A stretch of DNA of 64,000 nt from positions 3,224,001 to 3,288,000 of the forward strand of contig NC_043024.1 in NCBI RefSeq assembly GCF_006345805.1. The letters are read 5' to 3'. The notes under the pieces are model-generated. The model did not search any database. It was given only the letters and a program-made list of their open reading frames with translations, and was not told the DNA's origin. The stretch's first letter is position 1; each line of letters begins with the position of its first letter. Source of the stretch: Octopus sinensis (Eukaryota). The position numbers were made by a program, and so were the translations under genes. Below, in pieces: positions 13,941 to 26,945 of this stretch.

Positions 13941-14165
13941 TTGGGTTGTCTGGAAAGTTTGTACCGATTTTCAAAGGAGAGAAATAGGTTAATAAATACT
14001 TGCCATTACATTTTTGATCAACCAAATATGAACCATTTTGTTGCACAATGCATCTCCATCTTTCCTTTAACTTGAAAATACCTTCTTCCCAGAATTGAGG
14101 TGCTTGGGAGGGTAAGTCGAAAGGTAAGCTACTATAAATCAGCACGAACTTTCCGGACAACCCAA
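13941..14165. mobile_element. Mariner MITE, internal-deletion derivative of the 8617 family
   Basis: TIRs TTGGGTTGTCTGGAAAGTTTGT / GCACGAACTTTCCGGACAACCCAA flanked by TA; interior matches 8617-8775 and encodes the transposase C-terminus (FWEEGIFKLKERWRCIVQQNGSY). Confidence 0.85.
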
Positions 14166-14619
14166 TATGAATGTGTGTGTGTATGTATGTATATCTTAGT
14201 GTTTGGATGTATGTTTATATAAGCATGCATTATGCATTTGTGTATGCATGTATGCATGTATATGTATGCATGCATGTATGTGTGCGTGTATGAACGTATG
14301 TACGTGTTTATATGCATGTATGTATGTATTCCTCATTTTCATGTCCCCTTTTCCATGCTTGCATTGATCAGACAGAGTTCATTGAGGTTGATTTTCTATG
14401 GCTGGGTGCCCTTCCAGCCACCAACTCTCACCTGTCTCCAGGCACGGTATTATTTCCACATGGCCTGAGATATCTTCATGTGGAAAACTGGAAATGAATG
14501 ACACCACCTACATGAGTGACACTTGTTTACAATTATCACACCATGTCATGACTAGAAGACATAAACACACACATACACACACATATACATACATACACAC
14601 ATGCACATATATATATATA

Positions 14620-15906
14620 CAGGGTGGGGAAGCAAAATTTACAATATTTTGAGGCAGGGATTGAAAGACAGTGTATGACCAATTAGTTTATTGAAAGTAA
14701 TGAGAATTTATTTGCCACAAGAAAATTTACATAATAGAAAATATTTTTATTCTATGTGTCCTCCTCCTTCTTTCTCAATAACTGCCTTCACACGCTTCCT
14801 GAAACTTGCAGGAGTGTTTCTCAAATATTCGGGAGACAACTTCTCCCATTCTTCTTTAATAGTATCTTTAAGAGAGTCGACATTGCTGTGTGATGTTCTA
14901 TTGTTAGCATGTTCTAAAACGCCCCAAATAGCAAAATCCAGAGGGTTTATATCTGGGCTAGAAGGCAGCCATAAACATGATTCCAAAAAATTACTAAAGT
15001 TGGATTTGCAGAAATCTTGTATTTTTCAAGCTAAGTGGGCTGGATCCGCATCCTGTGTCCATACATAATTGCCATCTGGGTAGTTTGCTTTAAGCCATGG
15101 CAATACCTGGTATCTCAGTCTTGTAGTAAGTATTAACATTGATCTTTTCATCAGCTTTGTAGAATAGGCATTTTCTTTCCATTGGAAGCCACAACACCAA
15201 AAGCCATAACTTGAGCAGGATGTTTTGTTTTGAATGTCCCCTTAACCTCAGCTGTCGATTTTGCGATAAACCTGTCATTTCTGCAGTTCAGGACAGCATC
15301 AACAGTGAAGATCTTTTCATCTGAAAAGATCATTACAATGGAGGACTTTTTCTCAAACCATATAATAATTTTCTTGCACCTTTCCAATCTCTTTTCCTTC
15401 ATAGCTGTTGAAAACAAGTGTTTTGGTGTTCTTGTGTAAGATTTTAACCTCAAATCATATTTTATTGCATTTCTAATTGTCTTGTAGTCTACCTCAAGTT
15501 CAATTGCCATTTTTCTCATGGATTTGGTTGGATCCTTTGGGATTTGGGATTTGAAAGGTTTGATAAAAGCTTTGGTATGTTTTTTTATTGATTCCTCCAC
15601 TTCCAGACTTCCTTTTAATAGTTTTGCTCATAGTCATTCTATTCTTTACATTATAAACAGTCTTTATGGATACCCCAACTATTCTTGAAATCTCCTTTAG
15701 TGTGACGAGTGCATTCAGCAAATCACACACTCTTTGACATTTGCTTTCCTGATTACTCATATTGGCAAAAGTTTCTGAAAAGGTAATGATAATAGTGTTA
15801 GGTATGATTATGACATCCATATATGCTAGGTTTCAAAACAATTGACTTAGTGCCTGCTGAGAAAAAACAACTTAATGTTCATTGTAAATTTTGCTTCCCC
15901 ACCCTG
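14620..15906 (-). mobile_element. Full-length defective DD37D (maT) Tc1/mariner transposon
   Basis: Perfect 26-bp TIR CAGGGTGGGGAAGCAAAATTTACAAT with TA flanks; frameshifted transposase MSNQESK..., IFSDEK, WTQD-(37 codons)-D in WLPSSPDINPLD, with one in-frame stop. Confidence 0.93.
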
Positions 15907-16119
15907 TATGTATGCACATATGCACACTCACATATATGTATGTATTGTGACCCCCATGGGATTGCACCTACAAAGTTACCCTCCGAGGCAGTGGTCCGGG
16001 CAACATTGTTTATGGAAGACCAGCAGTCGCCCATGCATACTGGCCTCCCCTCTCCACTCCACTGATGTTATCCAAGGGAACGGCAAAGACCAATACAGCT
16101 TGGCACCAGTGATGTTGCA

Positions 16120-16440
16120 GCTCACTTTTTTAACGTGCAAGTGGCCAAGCACTTCACAGACACGTGCACCCCTAACGTAGTTCTCGGGGAGATTCAGTGT
16201 GACACAGAGTGTGACAAGGCTGGCCCTTAGAAATACAGATACAACATGAACAGGAAGAAAGGGTGAGAAAAAGTTGTGGTGAAAAAGTACAGCAGGATTC
16301 ACCACCACCCCCTGCTGGAGTCTCGTGGAGCTTTAGGTGTTTTTGTTCAATAAACACTCACAATACCCAGTCTGGGAATCGAAACTGCGCTCCTACGACC
16401 ATAAGTCTGCTGCCCTAACCACTGGGCCATTGCGCCTCCA
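16120..16440 (-). mobile_element. tRNA-derived SINE family C
   Basis: Minus-strand head GGAGGCGCAATGGCCCAGTGGTTAGGGCAGC...GTTTCGATTCCC; homologous copies near 19280-19582, 28478-28848 and 49598-49965. Confidence 0.85.
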
Positions 16441-16629
16441 TATAAACAGACATATGTATATATTACATATGTCTGTTTATATGTATTTCCTGCGGATGAA
16501 ATGATCGTGGTTTTATTGAAGCAGATGAAGAGGGGTTTTCCATTGTATGGATTATCTCATTGTCTCTGGATCAAAATGATGAACTCAACACTCATCCAGA
16601 GTTAGAAAACCAGCTGGACCTGCCTTAAA

Positions 16630-16679
<50 letters not shown>

Positions 16680-16733
16680 ATTGAAGAAATAAGAATCAAG
16701 ATGAAAGAGTATGGTTGAACATTTATTTATTAT

Positions 16734-16837
16734 TCACTACAATTGTTTCAACGCAACATAATTCTTCAAGAATACGGGTATTGGATTATGCAATTGTTTG
16801 TTTGCATAATGAGATCTAGTTGTGTTTCCTCAGGCGA
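16734..16837 (-). ncRNA. Type I hammerhead with extended stem II
   Basis: Minus strand: tcgc CTGAGGA aacac...gcgtt GAAA caattg TA gtga, then AATAAA. Confidence 0.6.
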
Positions 16838-16998
16838 TATACAAGTGTTGTCTCTGTTAGTTTAAGGTCATCAACTTCAAGGATCTTGCAGCACGCAACA
16901 AGGGTCTATCAGCCGCTACTAAATTCAAACTACAATGAACTGAGTAGATGGACTTGAAGTCGACGACCTACAACTAATGGAGACAACACTCGTATATA

Positions 16999-17099
16999 TC
17001 GCCTGAGGAAACACAATTAGATCTCATTATGCAAACAAACAGTTGCATAATCAAACTGTATTCTTTGAGAACTGTACTGTGTTGAAACAACTGTAGTGA
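16999..17099 (+). ncRNA. Type I hammerhead with extended stem II
   Basis: tcgc CTGAGGA aacac-(64 nt including hairpin ttatgcaa/ttgcataa)-gtgtt GAAA caactg TA gtga, then AATAAA. Confidence 0.6.
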
Positions 17100-17486
17100 A
17101 TAATAAACAAATGTCCGGCCATACTCCTTCTTCTTGATTCCAATTTCTTCAATTTTATATTCACTTGCCCAAATTTAAACTTGAAAGCTTATAATAAGAC
17201 TACTGAAAGTACTGGGTAATTCTGAAGGTGGACAAGTTTTGTACTCTACCACATTCCTACATACGTGTGTGTGTGTGGTTTAAGAAGACTCTACCAACAG
17301 TCTACTACTGTCATACCACTCCTGTTTTTTTCCTTCTTCTTTCTCTACTTTTTCTTCCTCCTCTTCTTCACCATCTCCTTCCTTGGCTACTGCTGCTTAA
17401 ACAATCAAAATCCAGAACCAACATCCCTCATATTAGCTATTTCTTCAGATCTGCTACTACCTACCCATCAAGCTTCCATAAAAGTA

Positions 17487-17533
<47 letters not shown>

Positions 17534-17538
17534 AAGAA

Positions 17539-17571
<33 letters not shown>

Positions 17572-17762
17572 AAGAAACGGAAAATGCCCCACATACTTGA
17601 AAACTATGGAAATATTTTTTTAAATCATTTCATTTAATTTTTCCACAATATAATTGCTTTTCATGTTTTACTCTAAGTTGAAAAAGTCGCAAAGACTGAA
17701 ATCAGTACTAAAATGTTCTTCATGATAAAATTATTTTAGCATTTTCTACCTTGTCCTATTTT

Positions 17763-17804
<42 letters not shown>

Positions 17805-17916
17805 AGGAAAATCTTTTATTTATATATATATTTTTTTTACATTACAACTCACTGTGTGTGGATAATTGAAATTCTCCTCCTCACTTTTTCTTACTATATA
17901 TATATATATATATATA

Positions 17917-19192
17917 CGAGGGGCGTTCAATAAGTAATGCCCCTGACCCACTTCCCATAGCAGTAGAGCAACGAAACTTGGCACAGCTAATAGTCTTTTT
18001 CTACATAGGAACCACCCAGAGTTACGCATTTCTCCCATCGTTTGATGCAGCTCTGGAGACCGTTTTTGTAGAAGACCCCAGCTTGGTCCTCCAACCATGA
18101 CGTGACTTCAAAAATCAAGGCTGCGTCATTTGGGAAACACTTTCCTTTCAAAAACAACTTCATGGCTGGGAAGAGGTGAAAATCAGGAGAGTAGGTGGGA
18201 TGGGGGAGGAGTTCATAGCTGCACGCCTGTGCTTCTGATCTGGCGACAAGCGAGTTGTGGACCGGAGCGTTGTCCTGCAGGAGGAGGATGCCTCTGCTGA
18301 TCTTGCCCCGCCTCTTGATTTTGATAGCTTCTCTTAATTTCCTCTAAGTGAAGCATAATAGGCTCCTGTAATTGTGGAACCCTTTGCCAGGAAATCTGTC
18401 ATCACTACTCCGTCCTGGTCCCAGAAGACTGTGAGTATGATCTTGCCAGCGGAGGACTGCACCCTTGCCTTCTTTGGAGGAGGTGAGTCACGGTGCTTCC
18501 ACTGCATTGACTAGGCTTTGGTCTCTGGATCATAGTGATGGACCCAGGTTTCATTCTGTGTAATCAGTCTTTTGAAAAATTTTGACTCATCTTCTTGGCA
18601 CATCTCCAAATTCATCCTCGAGCACTCGACGCGTTCTTGCTTCTGGGAAGGTGTGAGCAACCTGGGAATCCATCTGGCAGACACCTTTTGCATATGCAAA
18701 TGGTCATGAATGATAGTTTCCACAGACCCGGTACTAATCTTGCCTTCATGGGCTATTTGGCGAATAGTTATGCGTCGATCTTCCAAAATGGCAGCCTCAA
18801 CTTGACGGACAGATGCCTCATCAATGGCAGAAGGGGGGCGACCAGATCTGGGAGCTGTTTCCACAGAGTTCTGACCATGTTTGAATTCATGATGCCAGCG
18901 TTTTACAAGGTCATATGATGGGGCATCATCACCATAAGTTACTTTCATTTCATCAAAAGTCTCCCGTGGTGTACGTCCTTTCAAATACAAAAACTGGATC
19001 ACTGCTTGACATTCAACAGGCTCCATTTCACACTTTACTCAGTTCAAACACCTGTAAATCAGAAACCACAATTAATTCAGAGCTGTAATTTGCCACTTAA
19101 TCTATAGAGATATAAATAATTGCACATGCAAAATTTCAGCTAGATCAAACAACTGCAAGTGGGTCAGAGGAATTACTTATTGAACGTCCCTC

Positions 19193-19193
<1 letters not shown>
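17917..19193 (-). mobile_element. Full-length defective mariner (irritans-like)
   Basis: Imperfect TIRs CGAGGGGCGTTCAATAAGTAAT / ATTACTTATTGAACGTCCCTCG within (TA)n; ORF 18511-19026 with PRSGRP, WIPRLLT, ITQNETWVHHYDPETK, continued past a stop by VFWD and LQDNAPVH. Confidence 0.93.
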
Positions 19194-19261
<68 letters not shown>

Positions 19262-19279
19262 ATATATGTATGTATGTAA

Positions 19280-19582
19280 ATCACGTGGTCACGTGACTGA
19301 CCAGGCTATCAAATGTTGCTACACATCACTGGTCACAATGTGCTTCGCATTGTTTTAGCCTTCAAATGATGCCATTCCACTGGCTAAGCAAGCAAGCTAA
19401 CAGAAGAAAGAGTGAGAGAAAGTTGTGGCAAAAGAGTACAGCAGGGATAGCCACCACCCTCTGCCAGAGCCTCGTGAAGCTTTTTAGGTGTTTTCACTCA
19501 ATAAACACTCAAAATACATGATATAGGAATCAAAACTCCAATCCTACGACCACAAGTCTACTGCCCTAACCACTGGGCTATG
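19280..19582 (-). mobile_element. SINE family C
   Basis: Homologous to 16250-16440. Confidence 0.75.
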
Positions 19583-19589
19583 TGTGTAT

Positions 19590-19620
<31 letters not shown>

Positions 19621-19681
19621 TACATATATATATAGTATTTTATTTTGTGTATATGTATATTGAAGGTGAAAAAACTTCTCA

Positions 19682-19723
19682 AACTGTTACTTAGAGTTTT
19701 TCATAACTGATCATCAGACAGTT
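19682..19723 (-). ncRNA. Degenerate minimal hammerhead
   Basis: Minus strand: aactgt CTGATGA tcagttat GAAA aactctaag TA acagtt; perfect 6-bp stem I, stem II eroded. Confidence 0.4.
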
Positions 19724-19751
19724 AAGTGTATTTAGAACAATGCAATGCCCT

Positions 19752-19798
<47 letters not shown>

Positions 19799-20495
19799 AT
19801 GTGGTGATTGTTTCATCTTCATAGATGGTTGCCATCTCATTGTGCTTCTTCGTTGCCAATGGCATCTTTGTTGTTGATGGTATTCATGACCTCACATATG
19901 AATATGACTATTCAGTCCTGTTGCAGATTTGTACGTTTTGAAGCATAGGTGACAGACGAAAACTGTAAGTTACTGAGAACTTCAAGCTGATTAGCTCTGC
20001 ACATGTCACCACTTTTCCATCATCTTAGGTCGTTCAGTTGATGGAAGGATAAATAAGCTTATCATAAAGAAACATCTGTGCATTATAGTGATAAATGCTT
20101 GTACAACATGAGTACCATTCTCTGAGTCTCCTTGTTTAGTACTTAGCGACAGACTGAAGCAAGATGACCAATAATCACATGAAACTAGGTTTTGTTTCAG
20201 AGTGTCCCTCTCATGGAAGAATGCTGTGATAACAGCTTGGGGCCCCTCACTCCCAGTGGTTTTACTGTTCACCCTCACACCTACCAAGGGTATTTCTGCA
20301 GCCTTGCACTCAGATAGGTTGCCATTACATATGCTAGTTAACCCTAGCTGGGAGCATGACAAGTACTACCATTCTGGGAGGTCCAGGGTTTTGAGCAAAG
20401 AGTGTGAGACCCACCTCTTAGCTACAATTGGGTATACACACACAGAGACACAGACACATATATATTTATATGTAGTTAAGTCTATGTCCGGTCAT

Positions 20496-20539
20496 AGAGT
20501 GACCAATGGTTTCACATCCAGAAGGGCTCATCAGACTCT
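20496..20539 (-). ncRNA. Minimal type I hammerhead candidate
   Basis: Minus strand: agagt CTGATGA gcccttctggatgt GAAA ccattgg TC actct; stems I and III pair, stem II imperfect. Confidence 0.65.
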
Positions 20540-20693
20540 TAAGACAAAGACAAATGCAACTCTTCATCGCTGGGAGACATAGGACTAACACACAAAACTC
20601 TCGGACCTTGAGTCACTATGTTACATCTGCTAAATATTATTTATATATATGTATGTATGTATGTTATAATGTGTGAGTGTGTGTATGTATATA

Positions 20694-20760
<67 letters not shown>

Positions 20761-21183
20761 TAAGCAACAAGGATACCTTTGTTGCTTATTTTGATTGTAA
20801 TCACCCCATTTTGAATTATATGGATAATACCATACCAAATTCTGGTGCCTTTAACTTAAGTACCATAATCAACTGAATCTAAATTTTACTGAGTTGGTTT
20901 TGTTTACGTAATGCATAACTATATGTAAGTTTGCATTGTCCATCATATACCTTTTGGTTTAAGTATGCATAGATGTGTATGTATGTATAAATGCAATTCG
21001 AAAGTGTAAAATAAGATAGAAGATATAGTTGTTTTTGATTACACGGTAAAAAATTTTTTACCTTCACCCATTTAATACAATAAATGAATTAGTTGCATTG
21101 CAATTAAAATCATTTATCTATCAAGAATTTGGGTACTTTACCAACAGTTTATTGGATAACTGATATATAGTACAATATGGAGT

Positions 21184-21226
<43 letters not shown>

Positions 21227-21885
21227 TCAAACTGTTTTATTCTTTCTCTCTCTTTCTGTGTGAGTTTGTGTGTGTATGTATTCTCTATATCAGTGTGTGT
21301 ATATGCATTTGCATGTGTGTGTGTCTAAATATAGAATAAAAGAAAAGTAAGGAAGAAGACACTCGCCAACCTTCCATTTAACATCAAATGTTGTCTGTGA
21401 CATTTAATGTTTAGTGATCATGCTGAAAACATCCAGCAGATGTTCTCTCACCATATTCATGTTTGTATTTGTTTCTCTGATTTCCCTTCTTTTGTTCAAT
21501 TTGAGACTTTAATGACCAACAAGGAATAATGATATTGTTGCTGTTACTGTTGCTGTTGTTGTTGTTGTTAGTAATCTCTTAACTTTGTCACGAAGTCACA
21601 GTTTGTCAGAAAGATGGGTACATTCGAAATATATCAACCACAGACTTGGTATGGTAGTTTAATATTTGAATCGTCAAAGAAGATCCTATGTGGTTCCTTG
21701 ATGTACTGACACTAGAGGTTAAATTTCACACCAATATATACCCTAAAGTCGTAGATATCAACTAAAACATCTACAGATAAGGGGCTCATAATCTACAGGG
21801 ACCTCAAAATTATTAAAAGGTATCTCTTGTGATTTTTTCTTTCAACTATTAATTGTTTCAGTCATAGGACTATGGTCATACTAGG

Positions 21886-22050
21886 CACTAGTGTAGCTAG
21901 GGGCTGTCCACCCCAGGCAGCTCTTTTAAAGGGGTGGCCTTTTCATCCTGTTGTAGGCTATAGCTGTAAGCAATATGTGTTTTTTGTGGGGTCGAGGGGT
22001 GGAAAACAGAAGGGCCACCCCAGGCGGCACACACTCTAGCTAAGCTAGTG
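21886..22050. mobile_element. Small hAT-like MITE inserted in a decayed family A SINE
   Basis: Ends CACTAGTGTAGCTA / TAGCTAAGCTAGTG; similar 8-bp flanks ATACTAGG / ATGCTGGG. Confidence 0.5.
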
Positions 22051-22305
22051 ATGCTGGGGCCCTATCTTGAAGGATTTTAAGTGAACAAATCACCCTCAGT
22101 ACTTACTTTTTAACTCTGGTACTTACATTCTTGGTTGCTTTTGCTAAAGTCCTAGGTTTGTTGATGCAAACGAACTAACACCAGTTGTAAAGCAGTCAGG
22201 TGGAGTTAAGAAAAAGATTTTCACACACACGCTCGCTTGCTAGCTTACATGTATATGATGCACAGTTTCCATTCCATCAAATTCACTAACAAAACATTGG
22301 TCACC

Positions 22306-22857
22306 CCGCAAAATTTTTTTCCCATGAGAGTTCCAGACCCCAGTTATGAATTCATTTGCATACAGCCAATCAGAGCTTAACTATCAAACTAACTCATGAG
22401 CACATAACAAGTGATGGGTGATAAGATAAGGTCCCTTGGGTAAGGAATGACCATGCTTGTTTTCACTTTTAAGAATGCTTGTTGTTCTTGTTCTTCTTTC
22501 AACCATGGCTGCCTCTGCATAGTTATTTGTTTTATTGTTTACTTTCTAAAACAGTAAGGGGAGAGGGTTGCTAGCACATCACCCTCTACCCACATTTTTC
22601 CCATCCACATCTTTACCATATGGGGCCCCAACAAAATCTGATAATAGGTATAGATGTGAATCTATCTAATTACTTGTCTCCTTCTAAAAATCAGGTATAA
22701 CTTGGCGATCGGTCAACTTAACAGCACTGTTCTCCGACTTGAGTTTACTTGGTAGTGTGTTTGTTAACTTGGCAACAAGGTCAAGGTGAGCTCTGATTGG
22801 ATGTTTGCAAATGAGTTCATTACTGGGGTCTGGAACTTGTGGAAAAAAATTTCACGG
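22306..22857. mobile_element. MITE-like element with about 70-bp terminal inverted repeats
   Basis: 22306-22377 is the reverse complement of 22789-22857; interrupts a family A SINE. Confidence 0.7.
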
Positions 22858-23399
22858 TCGGCCTAGGGCCATATTAAAAGACACTTGCCCAAGATGTCAT
22901 GCAGGAGTAGGGAGCCATGAACCAGATGGTTACAAAGCAAACCTTTTATCCTCTCAGCCTGCGCCTAAATATTAAAATCTGTTGTGTTCAGTTTTTGTGG
23001 GACATTCTGATGTAATGCTTTTAAGAAGGGTACTAGAAATTGTTTGAGTCATTAGAGGGTTGGATACAATGCTTCATGACATCTGTTTTAAGTCTCTGTG
23101 ATCTGATTTCAAATCTCATCAAGGTCAGCATTGTCTTTCATCTTTAGAGGGTTATTAAAAAGAAAGTTTTAATCCAGGATAATGGATTAGTGGGACTATA
23201 AAAATAATTTTGAGGAGTTGGGGAGTTGATTACATTGACCCCCAATTCATGACTGGTATTTTAGTCTGTTGATTCCAAAAGGATGAAGGGTAATGTTGAC
23301 CTTGGTAGAATTTGAAATCAGAACTAAAACCTGAAGAAATGCAACTAGATATTTGTCCAGCAGACAAATGGTTCTGCTGGCTTGCTGCTTTATGTAGCT

Positions 23400-24962
23400 T
23401 TGTATATTTTAAGTCTTCACCAAATGTAAATCCTGTTCATATAACTTTGGTCCTTACTCAAGATTGTAGTGGCACAAGCAGTCAGTGCCATATTGGATGA
23501 GATCTCGCAGCAGCCATTGCCATCTCCGAGACTGCAGCAGGACCTCGCCTACATCCATTTGCCATGCACGAGATCACAACGAGGCTCATGATGGAAACTA
23601 TATAAAGGGAAAACCCAATTCAAATCTCTCTCTTTTTGGCACCACCTCACAGCAGCATTGGCTGAACACCACCACTGGCTGAGGCTTTCTGCCTGTCTAT
23701 CTCCAGAGGCAATGCGCCCACACTAACGGAGCTTAACAGCTAAAGATGGTAGCTGAGAGCAGCACACTACACCTTTCCTGTAAATAAACCAGTTGTAAAT
23801 AACGTTTGTACTTGAAGTCTTCTCTCTTCGCCTGCCGAAAGCCTGAACAACATGAAGAACAAAAAGACAATGGAAGGAGACAATATTCTTTCTCTGTTCT
23901 TTTCGCTTTATCTTCTTTCAATTTCTGCTCTCTTAAAATAACATTTTTTATGGCTACAACTGTTTACAAAAATAGGGATTAATGTATAATTTCTTTCTAT
24001 GTTCATAATTTTTTGTTTACAATATTGGGAAAAATATGCCACAAACAAAAAGATGTAATCTCTCCAAGGAGGATTGTAGAAAACAGAAAGCAAGAGTCTG
24101 AAGAGAGAAGCTAGATTAGATTCTCTCAACATCAGCAAATGCATGTTGCAGCACTTAATGCTGGATCATTAAATCAATGTTTTAATTATTAGACAGAGGT
24201 CCAATAGAAAAGCTCTCAGAAACAAACTACGTACAAATTCAATCTTCACAACTCCTGAAGCTGTTTTCAGATATGATCCATCCCATTCTTTTAAAAATAA
24301 GAACTCTGTCCAAATTGGTGTGCTAAACACAAGTTGTCTTTTCTGTAGCGCTTTAAAATTTTCAAATGAAACAAATGATATGTGCTGCTCAGGCGAGCAC
24401 TACCAGCTCCTTCTCAAACTCTTATGGATCTTCTAGAAGGCATTTCCATCCAGTCAAAGGATTTTCTGAACAATATCAGACAATACATCTCTGCAAATGA
24501 CATCGTTTGGTGCATCTAAGAAGATAGACAAACATGAATTTACGACAACGTCAAAGTTCAAGGGCAAATCTATCACCTCATTGGTTCCCTGTTACCCATT
24601 ATAACAACCACAGTTCCTCCAAATTTACTTTATGAGTGATGTAGCACACCAAACCTGAAGGAGGTGTCAACACTTCAGATGATGGGTTGTATTACACACA
24701 GTGCTGACTGCTGCAAAAGGGAGTATATCCACTGACAGCTTCTCGGTGCATTCAAAATCACATAACCCCCACAGGTTAGGGCCTGAAATACTCCAAACAC
24801 ACACATAGCATGTTGCTGAGTCGAATTAGTCCACCATTTACTCCACAAATGTTTGGTTGTGAATGCTGCACTTTCCCATATCACCTGTTTCAAAATAACT
24901 GTAATATATTATAACCAGACTATGCCATTTTAATCCTGAGCAATACCAGGTATCTCAGCTAG
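23400..24962 (+). mobile_element. Helitron deletion derivative with RepHel N-terminal remnant (5' boundary uncertain)
   Basis: 24255-24640 translates to AVFRYDP..QIG..CLFCSALKFSNETNDMCCSG..SKDFLNNIRQY..QMTSFGA..KVQGQIYHLIGSLLP..PQFLQIYF; 3' CCTGAGCAATACCAGG...CTAG|T at 24962. Confidence 0.8.
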
Positions 24963-25589
24963 TATATATATATTTCGTTTTTGGATTTGGTTTGCAAGAT
25001 TCTTTATGTGAGTTCACATGTTAAAGCATTATTCTATTGTGTCTGGGGAGAGTCATTTTCTTTTTGTGCCTTATAATTTAACATACTCACCAGTAAAATT
25101 TCCACTTATTTCTTATTTTTATTTTCCGTTGCACCTGTACGGGTAATGTTGATTTGATGCAGGGAGTGAGTTTATGTCTACACAAAAATTTGATCACTAT
25201 AAATAAATCTTCTTTGTGGTTGTTTGATAAGAAATTGTCGAACCTTCATATATTGCCTAATGACAGGAGAGTCCATCATAGTTCAGTTTAAAATGTATAT
25301 ATTACCCTACTGATAGAAGTAGCCATGAAGATCCTTCTACAAGAACCAGCTCTGCCCAGCCCTTCATAGTAATTCCTTCATCCCTTAACATTAAGCTGAC
25401 CCTGCTCACCTCTCGTATGCTTTGTAGTTCTATACGATGCCTGGTGACCCCTGCCCATGCTGTAAAGTGGTTGGTGTTACGAAGGGCATCCAGATATAAA
25501 AACCATGCCAGACATTGGATATCAATGCAGTCCTTGGACACATTAAATCTGGTCAACCAATGCTGGCATGGAATTTTGATGATGATATA

Positions 25590-25651
<62 letters not shown>

Positions 25652-25656
25652 TATAT

Positions 25657-26524
25657 CAGTGGCGTGCGGCGACTCTGAGGTTGGGCATGCAATGAATTTC
25701 TCCCCCCCCCCACCAATTTTTCAGTAAAAAAATTTTCGGATTCCTACGATTTACATATGGGAGATTATGAATATGCAATCATCCCCGTATGACCTAGAAT
25801 AAGCAGGGAATAAAAAATGGCTCTGTAGAGATTAACCTGAAATTGTCTCGTGAATTTCTTGTTGCTTCGCAAATTAGGTAAATTCGGTGTTGGGCTCCCA
25901 CCATTTATAATTAATTATTTTCCATTGAAGTCTCTTTTCGAAAAACTATTTCTCAAAATATCATTTATAACACACATTTCACTCTTTTCGTAAAAGGCTG
26001 CTCTTATATAAGAACCCACGTGGAAGCGTGTGCGTAAATTGTAAGTCAATTTCAACAAAACGGGAAAATAACCTTAGTTAAATTAATTTAAGATTAATTA
26101 GCTACTTCTGAAATAAGAAATATAATATAGATTATATTTTTGTTTTCAGAACGCTCCAAAAATATAATAGTGCAAACAGATGTTTTGGATAACAAAATTC
26201 AAACTTACCGCCAGGCTATTCCAACATTTCAGTTGGCTAACTCAAGAATTATGGGACTACTCTTGTTTTACGAGTCAAAAGTGGAACCAGGTCAGCAACA
26301 ATTCTACACTAACAAAGAGACAGAGAGTGTCTGTCATGTGGGGGGTGGGGTTCTCAAAGCATGACTTCTCAAAGCAGAAGTACGAGTCAGTGAGAGAGCA
26401 GAAGGGGAGACAAAATATTTCAAAAACAACAGGAGGGATTTTCTTTGAAACAAAGTAACTATTTTATCTAATTTTCACAGTGCATGCAGCGCATACCTTG
26501 CATACCTGAGAGTGCATGCCCCTG
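25657..26524. mobile_element. Non-autonomous DNA transposon (hAT-like ends) in (AT)n
   Basis: Ends CAGTGGCGTGC / GCATGCCCCTG; unique interior between microsatellite flanks. Confidence 0.5.
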
Positions 26525-26539
26525 ATATATATATATATA

Positions 26540-26945
26540 TAGGCGCAGGAGTGGCTGTGTGGTAAGTAGCTTGCTAACCAACCACATGGTTCCGGGTTCA
26601 GTCCCACTGCGTGGCATCTTGGGCAAGTGTCTTCTGCTATAGCCCCGGGCCGACCAATACCTTGTGAGTGGATTTGGTAGACGGAAACTGAAAGAAGCCT
26701 GTCGTATATATGTATATATATGTATGTGTGTGTGTGTTTGTATTTGTCGCCCTAGCATTGCTTGACCACCGATGCTGGTGTGTTTACGTCCCCGTCACTT
26801 AGCGGTTCGGCAAAAGAGACCGATAGAATAAGTACTGGGCTTACAAAGAATAAGTCCCGGGGTCGATTTGCTCGACTAAAGGTGGTGCTCCAGCATGGCC
26901 GCAGTCAAATGACTGAAACAAGTAAAAGAGTAAAAGAGTAAAGAG
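26540..26945 (+). mobile_element. SINE family A, near full length
   Basis: AGGCGCAGGAGTGGCTGTGTGGTAAG (box A-like), GGTTCAGTCCC (box B-like), (AAAGAGT)n tail. Confidence 0.88.

Larger units (their letters stand above)
16676..17157. mobile_element. Fold-back element with about 205-bp arms, each carrying a hammerhead
   Basis: 16676-16881 is the diverged reverse complement of 16953-17157. Confidence 0.8.
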
